Positions 18,309 through 28,343 of a stretch of DNA of 64,000 nt are shown here, in pieces (position 1 is the first letter of the stretch; each line of letters starts with the position of its first letter). A program made the translations under genes and the position numbers. The DNA is from Nitrososphaeria archaeon. Lineage in GTDB: Archaea; Thermoproteota; Nitrososphaeria; JACIWG01. The stretch spans positions 56,084 through 120,083 of the forward strand of contig JBEKIG010000015.1 of NCBI GenBank assembly GCA_050011875.1, given 5' to 3'. The notes beneath the pieces are model-generated. The model was not told the DNA's origin. It saw only the letters and a list, made by a program, of their open reading frames with translations, and did no database searches.

Positions 18309-19946
18309 TCATTTCGAAAGTAACTTTGTCAGGTTGATTTCTAGTGCGGTTACAGGATTTCTTAAGGAAGACTGAGAAATGTATAGAGGGGACACCTCTC
18401 CGAGTACGCCGATATATGCGCCATCCTCGTAGATCGAGGCGCAGCGGCCGCTGATAAAGTAATCGTGTGATGAAGCATTCATCTTACAGTTCTTTACTCC
18501 CAAGTAATCAAGGATTGAAAAGGCGGTCGATTTAATTTCCGTAAACGTTGTCTCAGAATGAGATATCATAGAGGATACCTTAACGTTTTCTACTATTTCC
18601 TGACCTCCTTCCCTAAGTTCGAAGGAACGCCCTATCTCAAAAATTTTCTGAGGATACTGTTCATGAACGTTCGATGATAGTGTCTGCAAAAGTTGGGGGA
18701 TAACGGAACATCTGAGTACATTGTATTCTTGTGTCTTAGAGTACTCTACCTCTATCAGCGAAGACGAAAAAGGCTGCTGTAGTTCTTTATTTGAAAGATA
18801 AAAGTTCATGACTTCTATGAATCCTAAACCGATCAGACAAAGACGGACATCTTCAACCTTTTCTTTGGCTTTCAATGGCTTACCCTGCTGTGGCAGACGA
18901 AGTTCAAGCGGAGTGATTTTATCGTATCCGTAGCCGTAGCCAACCTCCTCTATAAGGTCAACTTCATGTAAGATATCGATTCTATACCTTGGAACGGACA
19001 CCTCTATCAGGTTTCCTTTCTTTAAAGAGCGCATGTTGACCTTTTTCAGCAAATTTATCGTTTCATCAAAATCTGTCGTAACGCCTAAGATTCGTCTTAT
19101 TTCGTCAATTTTAAGGTACATTTTTTTCGGAGCCAACACTGGGCTCTCGAATGATCTTTCAGGTCTGACTATCTTTATCTTATAGACAGAAGCACCGTAG
19201 TCTATTAAGGTTGTAGCCAGCAAGGCCAGCGCATCCTCAACCGGAGAAAGCTCGGTTCCCGTTACGTCGACAAAGAGGTTATTGGTTCTTTCGGTCAGAA
19301 CTGTTACATTTCCATTGATTATCGGCGGGAGTGAGAGAACCTGATCCAAGGAGTCCTTCAATATCGGAAAAATGTTTTTTAAAGAAAGAAGGTTTCCATA
19401 ATGAACACCCTGTTCCGTCTGTTTTAAGATTTCTTCGACTGACAAAGGGGAAGTGCCATTTAAGGGTGTAAACTTGAAACCTGCATTTTCAGTTGTGTAA
19501 TAGATTGGTGGAACTATTCTTGACGCATCATGTAAACCTATGGCAAATTTTCTCCTTTTTCTCCCAATACCGTTGTGAAGGTCTTCCTGGAAGGATATGA
19601 GCTCCTTCAGGATAGATTCGGAGAAATCTAGCTTAGCAAACAGTCCAAGTATATACGGTCTAATCGCTTCTACACTCTTATCTACATTTACTCGGATATC
19701 GTAAGCTGGTAAATCGTATTCCACCTTCGTCTCTTCTCCAAAGTTAAGATAATTCAATGCCTTAGCGATACCGGCAGGAGACCCATAATCGGGACGATTT
19801 GGGCTGTATTCGACCTTGACTTCGTCATTATTCGAGTCTTCGATATCTAATCCGATATAAGGTAAAAGCTCTAAGATTTGGCCGCTCGAAAGAGACTTCT
19901 TTAGGAATGAATTAAACCTGTCGTATCTAATAGTTAGTACGGGCAT
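18309..19946 (-). CDS. pheT: phenylalanine--tRNA ligase beta subunit
   Basis: EYSPNRPD, QEDLH, SLPPIING, YRIDILHEVDLIEEV. Confidence 0.96.
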   Translation of the reverse strand: MPVLTIRYDRFNSFLKKSLSSGQILELLPYIGLDIEDSNNDEVKVEYSPNRPDYGSPAGIAKALNYLNFGEETKVEYDLPAYDIRVNVDKSVEAIRPYILGLFAKLDFSESILKELISFQEDLHNGIGRKRRKFAIGLHDASRIVPPIYYTTENAGFKFTPLNGTSPLSVEEILKQTEQGVHYGNLLSLKNIFPILKDSLDQVLSLPPIINGNVTVLTERTNNLFVDVTGTELSPVEDALALLATTLIDYGASVYKIKIVRPERSFESPVLAPKKMYLKIDEIRRILGVTTDFDETINLLKKVNMRSLKKGNLIEVSVPRYRIDILHEVDLIEEVGYGYGYDKITPLELRLPQQGKPLKAKEKVEDVRLCLIGLGFIEVMNFYLSNKELQQPFSSSLIEVEYSKTQEYNVLRCSVIPQLLQTLSSNVHEQYPQKIFEIGRSFELREGGQEIVENVKVSSMISHSETTFTEIKSTAFSILDYLGVKNCKMNASSHDYFISGRCASIYEDGAYIGVLGEVSPLYISQSSLRNPVTALEINLTKLLSK

Positions 19947-21444
19947 ATTTTACACCTCTCAACCAGTCCAAGTTATTTTTATACAGAAACCTGATTTCTT
20001 CCACATCGTAAGCTAACATTATCAATCTTTCAAGCCCGCCTCCCCAAGCTAGAACAGGGTTCTTTACGCCAGATGGTAGAGTTACTTCTGGCCTAAAAAC
20101 ACCCATACCACACAATTCTATCCACTTCCCTAATCTATCGACGTAAGCGACAGCTTCAAGTGAAGGTTCAGTGTACGGAAAGAACGTAGGCCAAAACTTG
20201 ACCTTCTCAAAACCGAGCTCTTTGTAGAAGGAACTTAAAACCCCGATCAGATTTCTCAGCGTGACGTTGCGACCTGTAACTATCCCTTCATATTGATAGA
20301 ACTCAAATAGGTGCTTATTGTCCAAGTTTTCATTCCTGAACACTCTGTCGATGGAGAAAACCTTTGCTGATGAGGGCTTGTGATCGTAAAGATATTGTAC
20401 AGTAATCGGTGTAGTATGGGTTCTTAGCACCATCTTTTTGGCTTCTTTCAGAGACCACTTATAACCCCAGCCAGTTGAACCTGTGTCACCACCATTCTCG
20501 TGTACGTCTTTTATGGCGTCCACTGGAGCCTCCTTTTCAAGATCCTTTGCCAATACATCCCTTAAATAGAAGGTGTCCTGCATTTCTCTTGCAGAGTGAT
20601 CTTGAGGTATGAAAAGTGCATCAAAATTCCAAAATGAAGGAAGAGCAATGGGTCCTTCGATTTCTTCAAACCCAAGACACAAGAAAATTTCTCTGGCCCT
20701 GTCAATAAAATCCTGAACCGGATGCTTTTTTCCAGGATACAGTGTTGGGACAGGACTCCCTATATCATATGGTCTAAAGACGACTTCCCTCCACCTTCCC
20801 GTTAAAAGTAGTTCAGGAGTAAGTTTGTCTTCATACGACTTCGTCTCATATTCATCCAATATCGCCAAAGCCGGGGAGGAAACCTTTATCGTAGTTTGAC
20901 TTACTTCTTTTGATAAGATATAATCAGGTCTCTTCTCCAGTTCCTCAAGCGCTTCCTTTTCATCCTCGCTCAGTGCTCTAACATCAACTTCTTTAAGAGA
21001 AAAAATTTTCTTGATAAGGGACTCCGTCGACAGCGTTCGATCACTTTCAGCTTCAAGAAGTGTTTTGCCGTCCTTTGTCAGTTTAACTAAACCCTTCCTT
21101 GTTGAGATACCTAGGGCTGCTGAAAACTCCTTTTCACCCATCTTCAGTTCCCTTCTTACATCCTCCAATGGGGTTTTCCCCCCTTTATTCATCAAAAGCA
21201 ATTGAATACGTTTCTCCGGAAGCCCGTCTTTAACGCTTCTCTCACCGGCTGAACCCAACCCTATAAGAACCTTCGAATCCTTTTGCACTTCGATAAGATT
21301 CTTTTCCTTTAGCCACTCTATACCGCGTCGAACCTGATCTAGAGAAAGACCGGTAATTGAAGGGAGAAGTTCAAGGTTTACACTTTCTTTCGTCCTTAGC
21401 ACGCTGAGGATCTTGACTTCGATCGGATGTAGTACGATGCCCAT
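19927..21444 (-). CDS. pheS: phenylalanine--tRNA ligase alpha subunit
   Basis: WNFDALFIPQDHSAREMQDTF, LRTHTT, FPYTEPS, GGGLER. Confidence 0.97.
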   Translation of the reverse strand: MGIVLHPIEVKILSVLRTKESVNLELLPSITGLSLDQVRRGIEWLKEKNLIEVQKDSKVLIGLGSAGERSVKDGLPEKRIQLLLMNKGGKTPLEDVRRELKMGEKEFSAALGISTRKGLVKLTKDGKTLLEAESDRTLSTESLIKKIFSLKEVDVRALSEDEKEALEELEKRPDYILSKEVSQTTIKVSSPALAILDEYETKSYEDKLTPELLLTGRWREVVFRPYDIGSPVPTLYPGKKHPVQDFIDRAREIFLCLGFEEIEGPIALPSFWNFDALFIPQDHSAREMQDTFYLRDVLAKDLEKEAPVDAIKDVHENGGDTGSTGWGYKWSLKEAKKMVLRTHTTPITVQYLYDHKPSSAKVFSIDRVFRNENLDNKHLFEFYQYEGIVTGRNVTLRNLIGVLSSFYKELGFEKVKFWPTFFPYTEPSLEAVAYVDRLGKWIELCGMGVFRPEVTLPSGVKNPVLAWGGGLERLIMLAYDVEEIRFLYKNNLDWLRGVKYARTNY

Positions 21445-21510
21445 TAAATCTACTTGCCGCATATGTTTCTCATAATGTTTTTAAATCTTTTCAAAGAACC
21501 TTTCTCGAGA

Positions 21511-22659
21511 ATGGAAAAGACAGAAAACAACGGCAACGAAGTTACGCCATGGACAGTTGAAGGAGAAGTGGACTACGATAGGTTAGTGGAAGAGTTTGGC
21601 ACAAGGTACATAGACGATGGTATACTGGAGAACTTCAAGAAGTTTACTGGGGAAGTTAACTTTTTTATAAGAAGAGGCTTCTTCTTCAGCCACCGCGATC
21701 TTGACTGGATATTTAAAAAATACGAGGAGGGTGAAAAGTTTTATCTTTACACGGGAAGAGGCCCGTCTGGAAGGGTTCATCTCGGCCACCTCCTACCATG
21801 GTTCTTTACAAAGTATCTTCAGGAAAAATTCGACGTCCAGCTATTGTTCCAGGTTACGGATGACGAAAAGTTTCTCTATAGAGATCAGCTCTCTCTCGAG
21901 CAAGTCAACGAAATGACCGCAGACAACCTGTTGGACATTATTGCCGTCGGTTTTAATTCAAAAAAGACGCAGATTCTAGTAGACACCGAGGGTATAAGAG
22001 AACTTTACCCTCTATCCATTAAAATAGCTAAGGCAATAACCCTCTCAACCGTTAAGGCGGTCTTCGGGTTCCAAGACTCAACCAACATTGGAATGGCCTT
22101 CTTCCCATCGATTCAGGCAACCCCTTCCTTTCTATATTCCTACAAGCTAAGGAAGAAAGTGCCTTGCCTGATACCGGCTGCGATAGACCAGGACAACTTT
22201 TGGAGAATGACACGGGACGTGGCAGAGAAACTGGATTACTATAAACCGGCGCAGGTACACTCTAAGTTCCTCCCAGCGCTAAACAAGGAAGGGAAGATGT
22301 CATCGTCTTCACCTGAGAGCGCGATCTACACAACCGATAAACCTAAGGAGATAGAAAGGAAGATTAAAAACGCGTTCACCGGAGGGCAGCCTACGATAAA
22401 GGAGCAGAGGGAAAAGGGAGCAAACCCCAATATTTGTCCCGTTTTCTGGTACGAACAATACTTTTTTGAGCCCGACGACAGAAAATTGGAGGAAATAAGA
22501 CACGATTGTATATGCGGAAAACTCTTATGTGGCGAACACAAGTTGTCCCTTATAGGAAAGATCAAGAAGTTCCTAGAAGATTTCCAAGCTAAACGTGATG
22601 AGGCAAAGGCAGAAGTTAAGGAGTTCCTTTACGACCCGAGCAGAGAAGTTGTCCTTTAG
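21511..22659 (+). CDS. trpS: tryptophan--tRNA ligase
   Basis: VTPW, YTGRGPSGRVHLGH, KMSSS, AFTGG. Confidence 0.97.
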   Translation: MEKTENNGNEVTPWTVEGEVDYDRLVEEFGTRYIDDGILENFKKFTGEVNFFIRRGFFFSHRDLDWIFKKYEEGEKFYLYTGRGPSGRVHLGHLLPWFFTKYLQEKFDVQLLFQVTDDEKFLYRDQLSLEQVNEMTADNLLDIIAVGFNSKKTQILVDTEGIRELYPLSIKIAKAITLSTVKAVFGFQDSTNIGMAFFPSIQATPSFLYSYKLRKKVPCLIPAAIDQDNFWRMTRDVAEKLDYYKPAQVHSKFLPALNKEGKMSSSSPESAIYTTDKPKEIERKIKNAFTGGQPTIKEQREKGANPNICPVFWYEQYFFEPDDRKLEEIRHDCICGKLLCGEHKLSLIGKIKKFLEDFQAKRDEAKAEVKEFLYDPSREVVL

Positions 22660-23107
22660 AATCAATTTCCCTGTTTCTTATCTTCGTAGAGGAGATTCTC
22701 TCACCATCTTCGGCGTAAACAAGAGGGACAACAACCTTCACTAATGGAGTTAATCCCATAGAAAATCTTATCAAGTTACATTCGTCTGCAAAGATCTGCG
22801 TTTCTTCGCTGACAACAATAGTAACTGACTTCGGAAACAATGCAGGACCATAACGATCTTTGAGTTCAAATATCGAGCACCTTCCTAAAGCACCCTTTGT
22901 TTTCAAGTAAGATCGCAGTAGCTCAAATCTCTGTTTGTAGTTATGGTCCACACATTTACCAATTTCCTCTAAGAAGGAGTCTGAAGACAACCCAATTATC
23001 ACTTTGTTACCCAAGCTAAGAACACAATCCAATAGAAGAACGTGTCCCTTGTGTATATAATCAAAGGTACCACCAACAACTACTTGTTTAAAAAGACGCT
23101 TTGACAT
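22616..23107 (-). CDS. coaD: phosphopantetheine adenylyltransferase (archaeal type)
   Basis: GGTFDYIHKGH, YGPA, IVVSEET, RISSTKIR. Confidence 0.9.
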   Translation of the reverse strand: MSKRLFKQVVVGGTFDYIHKGHVLLLDCVLSLGNKVIIGLSSDSFLEEIGKCVDHNYKQRFELLRSYLKTKGALGRCSIFELKDRYGPALFPKSVTIVVSEETQIFADECNLIRFSMGLTPLVKVVVPLVYAEDGERISSTKIRNREIDSKGQLLCSGRKGTP

Positions 23108-23206
23108 TCGTATTCGCCTTTTTTTGATACATCTTCTGCCCTCTTACTAAATAAAGATTTAACTAGAGAAAGTTGTGTAGAAATAAGACAAGAAAATATA
23201 GTTGAG

Positions 23207-24118
23207 ATGAAAAACTTGAGTGTAGAAGAGCAGGAATCCTATTTCAAAGCCGGGAAGATAGCTTCTCAGATCATAAAGGAAGCTAGGAGTAGAATAAGAC
23301 CAGGAACCAGCTTCCAAGAGATCTGTAGAATAGTGGAGGATAGAAGCGCTGAACTGGGAGGAGAACAGGCTTTCCCAGCAAACATATGTATTAACGAGGT
23401 AACAGCACACGATACTGCTGGAATAGACGACATAAGAATAATAGGTGAAAGAGACCTTGTCAAATTGGACATCGGAATCCATGTGAACGGCTTTATAGCC
23501 GACACGGCTATAACAATCAATTTTAATGAGGAATATGCTGACATGACCAGAGCTAATCTTGAAGTGCTTAATACGGCTCTCAAGAAGGTGAAGGCAGGGG
23601 AAAGTATTAATGAAGTAGGCAGAACGATATATAATGCGACAACTCAAATGGGGTACAAGACAATCTTCAATCTTTCAGGACATTCTCTTGGACAGTTTCA
23701 GATTCATTCAGGCCAGTCGATACCCAATACCCCTGTCAAAGGATTACTGGGGAGATTCGGTGAAGGGAAAGGTTATGCGATAGAGCCTTTTCTTACAACA
23801 AAGAGCGCAGCGGCCTTCGTTGATGAGACAGATAGTGTTCACATTTTCAGCGTAATCAGAAGAAAGCGACTTAAGGACAAGGTGGCAGATTCCCTTTTAG
23901 AAAAAATCTGGGAGAGAAGAAAGACGTTACCCTTTACCATCCGATGGTTTACTGACTTATATGAAAAAAAGGAACTGCAAAATGCAATAGTATACCTTGT
24001 CAAGAACAAGATGATAAGGGAGTATCCTGTTTTGAAGGAGGCGACCAATCAAATCGTCAGCCAATACGAGCATACGGTGCTAGTCATGAAAAACAATACG
24101 ATTATTACGACAGCGTAA
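23207..24118 (+). CDS. map: methionine aminopeptidase type II
   Basis: AFPANICINEVTAH, DIGIHVNGFIADTA, LSGH, AIEPF, QYEHT. Confidence 0.96.
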   Translation: MKNLSVEEQESYFKAGKIASQIIKEARSRIRPGTSFQEICRIVEDRSAELGGEQAFPANICINEVTAHDTAGIDDIRIIGERDLVKLDIGIHVNGFIADTAITINFNEEYADMTRANLEVLNTALKKVKAGESINEVGRTIYNATTQMGYKTIFNLSGHSLGQFQIHSGQSIPNTPVKGLLGRFGEGKGYAIEPFLTTKSAAAFVDETDSVHIFSVIRRKRLKDKVADSLLEKIWERRKTLPFTIRWFTDLYEKKELQNAIVYLVKNKMIREYPVLKEATNQIVSQYEHTVLVMKNNTIITTA

Positions 24119-24125
24119 ATGGAAG

Positions 24126-24326
24126 TTATTTTTTGATAAGCTCTTCTTTGTAGATCGCGTCCATCATCGTCTTTGAGCCGCACTTTTGGCACTTACTGCC
24201 CTCTTTAAAGATGAAATCACCAAACTGGAACGGTCTTTTCATCTTTAGACCGCAGGATGAACACCCCTCCACGGTAACGATCCTGAAAGGCTTTTTGTCC
24301 TGACCTTTAAACAGTAGGTTCGCCAT
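24126..24326 (-). CDS. small zinc-ribbon protein
   Basis: CSSC...KRPFQFGDFIF...CQKC; coupled to the upstream DUF1512 gene. Confidence 0.75.
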   Translation of the reverse strand: MANLLFKGQDKKPFRIVTVEGCSSCGLKMKRPFQFGDFIFKEGSKCQKCGSKTMMDAIYKEELIKK

Positions 24327-25447
24327 TACTGCCCAACCCCCAAAGTATTTCCAACACCTACAATTATAACTGTGTCTCCTTCCTTCGTCCTATCTTCAAG
24401 CAGGTTGTCAAGTCTTGCCTGAACCTTGGCTGCCGCGTCAATAATATCCTTGGTCATAGCAGTTATTGCTTCAGCAAGAGTTTCCTTGATGATTATCGCG
24501 TACAGCGGGGTACCGGTTTTCGAAGACACTTCTTCTATCTTGAACTTATCCACACCTATGCCGCCAATAGCTGCACCTACACCTTCGGAAATTTCCCCCG
24601 AAGGCTCACCCTCTAACTTCAAGGCGGCATCGATCATTACTATTAAAGAAGGCTTCAACCCGTAATCGTTGATTAAACGCTCTACCGCATTACCTACTGC
24701 TCCAACATTTCCTGCAGGCCCTTCAGCCTTCATTGCGTAAATGTCCCTATTTTTGTAACTGACTTCCGCGAACACCGTATCACGGGCTATTGTTTTCTTC
24801 TCATTATTTAGCATCAGCTTTGCAGCCACCATCGCACCTATCCCATCTCCAAGAGGCTGGACATTACTTACCGGTTCGATCGATGCCAACAGAGCCTCAA
24901 TTTCTTTTAAGACTTCGGGCAAAATCATCTGTAACTGCATAAGGAGGTAGATGTTTGATGTCTTCTTACCTAAAAGATAGTAGTGGCGGAGAACTTTATA
25001 ATAATAATTTAATGCAGAGGACGTATCCAATAGATTCTCAACTACAGATGTTGTTATGACATCTTTGTTAGGTAGAAGCCTCTTGACCTCCTCCCTTACC
25101 CTTTCATCTCTTACACTTAGAAGGTGCTCTATCTTCCTCACCAGACCCGCTGGGTCTATGCTTACAGGAGCTATTGTAAAAAATTCTAGAAGGTCATCGA
25201 CCTGTTTAGATGGGTCACCTTTGTATCCATTCTTCTGTAAGTAGTCTAAGAGTTCTTTCTTGGATTTATCATTAGCATTTTTAACCTTATTCAATGCCCC
25301 CGACAGGGACATAAGAATCCTCTGGGTTTGAATATAATTTCCGAAGAACAGGTAAAGGAAGAAGAACGCATAGAAGGCAAGCGACAATATTGTTTGGAGC
25401 GTAGTGCTGGTTACGGGAAAGAGTTGCAGTATCTGAGTTTGCATCAC
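24326..25447 (-). CDS. DUF1512 family membrane protein
   Basis: PVSIDPAG, IDAALKLEGE, GVGAAIGG, GVGNTLGVGQ. Confidence 0.88.
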   Translation of the reverse strand: MMQTQILQLFPVTSTTLQTILSLAFYAFFFLYLFFGNYIQTQRILMSLSGALNKVKNANDKSKKELLDYLQKNGYKGDPSKQVDDLLEFFTIAPVSIDPAGLVRKIEHLLSVRDERVREEVKRLLPNKDVITTSVVENLLDTSSALNYYYKVLRHYYLLGKKTSNIYLLMQLQMILPEVLKEIEALLASIEPVSNVQPLGDGIGAMVAAKLMLNNEKKTIARDTVFAEVSYKNRDIYAMKAEGPAGNVGAVGNAVERLINDYGLKPSLIVMIDAALKLEGEPSGEISEGVGAAIGGIGVDKFKIEEVSSKTGTPLYAIIIKETLAEAITAMTKDIIDAAAKVQARLDNLLEDRTKEGDTVIIVGVGNTLGVGQ

Positions 25448-25470
25448 TTTTTTTCACTTTTTTACTGTAA

Positions 25471-25589
25471 GGCGCCAGCACCACTGCTTCGCGACGGCTT
25501 CTGCACATCACTAACGCAATGGCGTGATATGGTTTGACTTCTGGGATCTGACGAGACCAGGTCGAGCCCATAACACTATGGCCGGCTAA
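25471..25589 (-). rRNA. rrf: 5S rRNA (unlinked from 16S-23S)
   Basis: GCCGGCCATAG...ACCTGGTCTCGTCAGATCCCAGAAGTCAAAC...GCTGGC; about 120 nt; ends approximate. Confidence 0.88.
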
Positions 25590-25680
25590 ACAATACCGCC
25601 CAAATAACTACTAATTAAGCTTTCGTTTTTAATATAAAAAACGTTTATTTTCCTTTCCTATGGTAGCATGACTTGTCGGA

Positions 25681-25810
25681 GGGGCTGTCGTCCAGCTAGG
25701 GAGGACAACGGGCTCCAGAACATATATGGTATATTGACTACAAGGATGATGTAGTTTTGGAGCTGGGTGAAGAAACCCGTAAGCCGTGGGTTCAAGTCCC
25801 ACCAGCCCCA
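25681..25810 (+). tRNA. tRNA-Trp(CCA) with 56-nt intron at 37/38 (25719-25774)
   Basis: Anticodon arm ACGGG-CT-CCA-G[intron]A-CCCGT; canonical T-arm and acceptor stem. Confidence 0.92.
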
Positions 25811-25933
25811 CCTCATTTTGAATTAAAGTCTATGTTAAAAGTGACAGTGACCCTTTTATTTGTTCGAAAGAAATGGAAACTTAGCAACATGATTGCCAGT
25901 CAAAGAACAACAATAAATACTATAAATGGAAAG

Positions 25934-26287
25934 TTAGCTCTCTAAAACTTCCTTTAACACTACAGCATTGTTGTGTTCAGTATCCTTAGCAGCATAGACC
26001 AGAGTCAGAGTTCCCTTCATCGAAATCTGCTTAAGTTTGTCCAACATATCACCCTTTGCCTCCAACTGCTTTTTGTACTTCTGCTTAAACTCTAACCATT
26101 TAGCAGGATCGTGACCAAACCATTTAATCAGCTCAACAGTTGGAGCAATATCCTTCATCCATTCCTCTACTCTTAGGGCTTCCGATGTCTTACCTCTAGG
26201 CCAAAACCTATCAATAAGAACCCTTATACCGTCCCTTGTCTCAGGCTCTCCGTAAGCTCTCTTAATCTTAACCACCGTAAAAGTCAA
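25934..26287 (-). CDS. DUF488 (YeaO-like) protein
   Basis: IKRAY...DGIRVLIDRFWPRG, IAPTVELIKWFGHDP, HNNAVVL. Confidence 0.92.
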   Translation of the reverse strand: MTFTVVKIKRAYGEPETRDGIRVLIDRFWPRGKTSEALRVEEWMKDIAPTVELIKWFGHDPAKWLEFKQKYKKQLEAKGDMLDKLKQISMKGTLTLVYAAKDTEHNNAVVLKEVLES

Positions 26288-26398
26288 TTAAATATAATGA
26301 TAAAACATCTATAAATAGATTAGCATAACTATTCATATTTTTAATGATCTCATCAGAATAATTATTTTTTCATTAAAATCAATATCAATATAGATAAA

Positions 26399-26545
26399 GT
26401 GAAGGTTGTCGTGACTCAGTTCTATTGGAACGTTAGCTATGAATTACCAGTGGGGGTCCCAATCGAGTTCGATGTTACTTCTATGTTGTTTTCAGGCCCA
26501 TTAATCTACGGTTTGGCCGCCGTTCTATCCCATAAAGAAGGATGA
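26399..26545 (+). pseudogene. remnant resembling the cupredoxin domain of heme-copper oxidase subunit II
   Basis: In-frame VKVVVTQFYWNVSYELPVGVPIEFDVTS; similarity ends before the Cu ligands. Confidence 0.45.
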
Positions 26546-26710
26546 TTGTTAAGAAAAACCTCTAAAAATGTCAATCAAGTCCATTACATAATGAAAAAAG
26601 AGATGCCAACAATTAACTTATGGTCATCAATAGAGAAAATGGAGTCTACTAAATCAAGATGTACAAAAGTAACTAAGCTCAATACAAGCAGGTGTGAAAC
26701 AGAAGATCAT

Positions 26711-27712
26711 CTAAATTTTTAGAACCGCTGACCCCGTTATTGAACCCTGTTTCAAGTCTTGAAGTGCTCTATTGGCTTCCTCTAAGCTGTAAACATGTAC
26801 GTCCGGTTTTATGTTAGCTTTGACCGCTTCCTTAAGATATTCTTTTACATCATCCCTGGTAACGTTTGCCACCGACTTTATTTCCCTTTCAAGCCAAATG
26901 AGATTGTAGTCGAGTCTCTCAATTGGACTCATGTGAATCTCTCCGATCACCACCCTCCCAGCCTTGTCCAACTTTTTCAGAGCTTCGATAACTATCCATC
27001 CTGCTGGTGCGAAGACTACTGCAGCATCCAATTTGACACCCGGATCATCTGTAGGCTGACCTATCCACTTAGCTCCAAGTTCCCTAGCGAGCTCCTGCCG
27101 AGAAGAGCCTCTGGTGAAAACGTATGTTTCTAAACCCTTCCCTATTGCAACAGGAGTTATTAGGTGGGCTGCCGAGCCAAATCCGAATACGCCTAGTTTT
27201 CCTGACCCTCTATCGAGGAGCCCTGTGAGCTTTAGTGCCCTATATCCTATGGCTCCTCCGCAGAGAAGAGGAGCGACGTGAGCGTCGTCGAACTCATTTG
27301 GAAGCTTGTGGACAAAACCGTCCCTAGCCAGCATGTATTCTGCGTATCCGCCGTTAACGCTGTACCCTGTAAAAAGTGCACGATCGCAGAGGTTTTCAAG
27401 CGAAGACCTACAGTACTTGCATGTTCCGCAGGACCAGTAAAGCCAGGGTACGCCAACTCTCTCCCCTATATGTACGTCCGTCACCTTGGGTCCTGTATCT
27501 TCCACTGTTCCAACAGCCTGATGTCCGAGTATCAAGGGCATCTTTATCACCTGCAGGTCTCCTTCCAATATATGTAGGTCTGTCCTACACACCGCACACG
27601 TGCTCACCTTTATGAGAACGTCATCGCCCTTTGGATCGGGTTTATCAACATCCTCCATCTTCAAAGGCGACGTTTCAGCCGATGCCTGTTTGTAAAGAAT
27701 AGCCGCATTCAT
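26711..27712 (-). CDS. zinc-dependent alcohol dehydrogenase
   Basis: CRTDLH, GHQ, CGTCKYC...ENLC, LLCGGAIGYRAL, GFGSAA. Confidence 0.93.
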   Translation of the reverse strand: MNAAILYKQASAETSPLKMEDVDKPDPKGDDVLIKVSTCAVCRTDLHILEGDLQVIKMPLILGHQAVGTVEDTGPKVTDVHIGERVGVPWLYWSCGTCKYCRSSLENLCDRALFTGYSVNGGYAEYMLARDGFVHKLPNEFDDAHVAPLLCGGAIGYRALKLTGLLDRGSGKLGVFGFGSAAHLITPVAIGKGLETYVFTRGSSRQELARELGAKWIGQPTDDPGVKLDAAVVFAPAGWIVIEALKKLDKAGRVVIGEIHMSPIERLDYNLIWLEREIKSVANVTRDDVKEYLKEAVKANIKPDVHVYSLEEANRALQDLKQGSITGSAVLKI

Positions 27713-27926
27713 CGCATCAATAACCGATTATCTTACCCCTATTTTTGTTATTAACCAGTCTGTAATTATTTAATTTTTTTGTGTATATAATTTCTCTTTA
27801 ATAATATTTAAATCAAACTTTTTAAAATAAGTTAATAGTTTTTATTAAGAATAATATCATATATTGTTAATTGGACTAGATTTAAAGAAAAACTTATTAG
27901 ACAGAATTTTTTGTCTTTAATCAGTC

Positions 27927-28262
27927 ATGTCTAAGTACGTGCTCATAAGAAAAGAAGGTGGGGTTTTAATATCTAACCATAGACTGTCAGCACTTAATCC
28001 TGAGTCTAAAATATCAGATAGAATACTTCTAAAACCCAACACGACACCTTGTAAAGACGATTTAATTAGTCTGGCTATATTCGGATGCGGTATAAAAAAT
28101 AATGGGCAAAAGTACCCGGAAGGTTATAGGTGTCCTGTTTCCACTAGGTCCTATAACTACCCGATGTCTATACAAGAAGCTAGATATAGAATACTACCCT
28201 ATTGCAGAAGCTGCCCCCTCTGCCCTGTGAACTTGAGCGACTCCATGGACAACAATTGCTAG
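27927..28262 (+). CDS. hypothetical Cys-rich protein
   Basis: 111-aa ORF after an AT-rich promoter-like region; CRSCPLCP motif. Confidence 0.5.
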   Translation: MSKYVLIRKEGGVLISNHRLSALNPESKISDRILLKPNTTPCKDDLISLAIFGCGIKNNGQKYPEGYRCPVSTRSYNYPMSIQEARYRILPYCRSCPLCPVNLSDSMDNNC

Positions 28263-28343
28263 AGTTAAATATTCACCCTAATTGTAAGCCAAATACGCTC
28301 TAATGTAGAATGCTTTATTTATAGTTGTTCGGTCTGCACGTGC

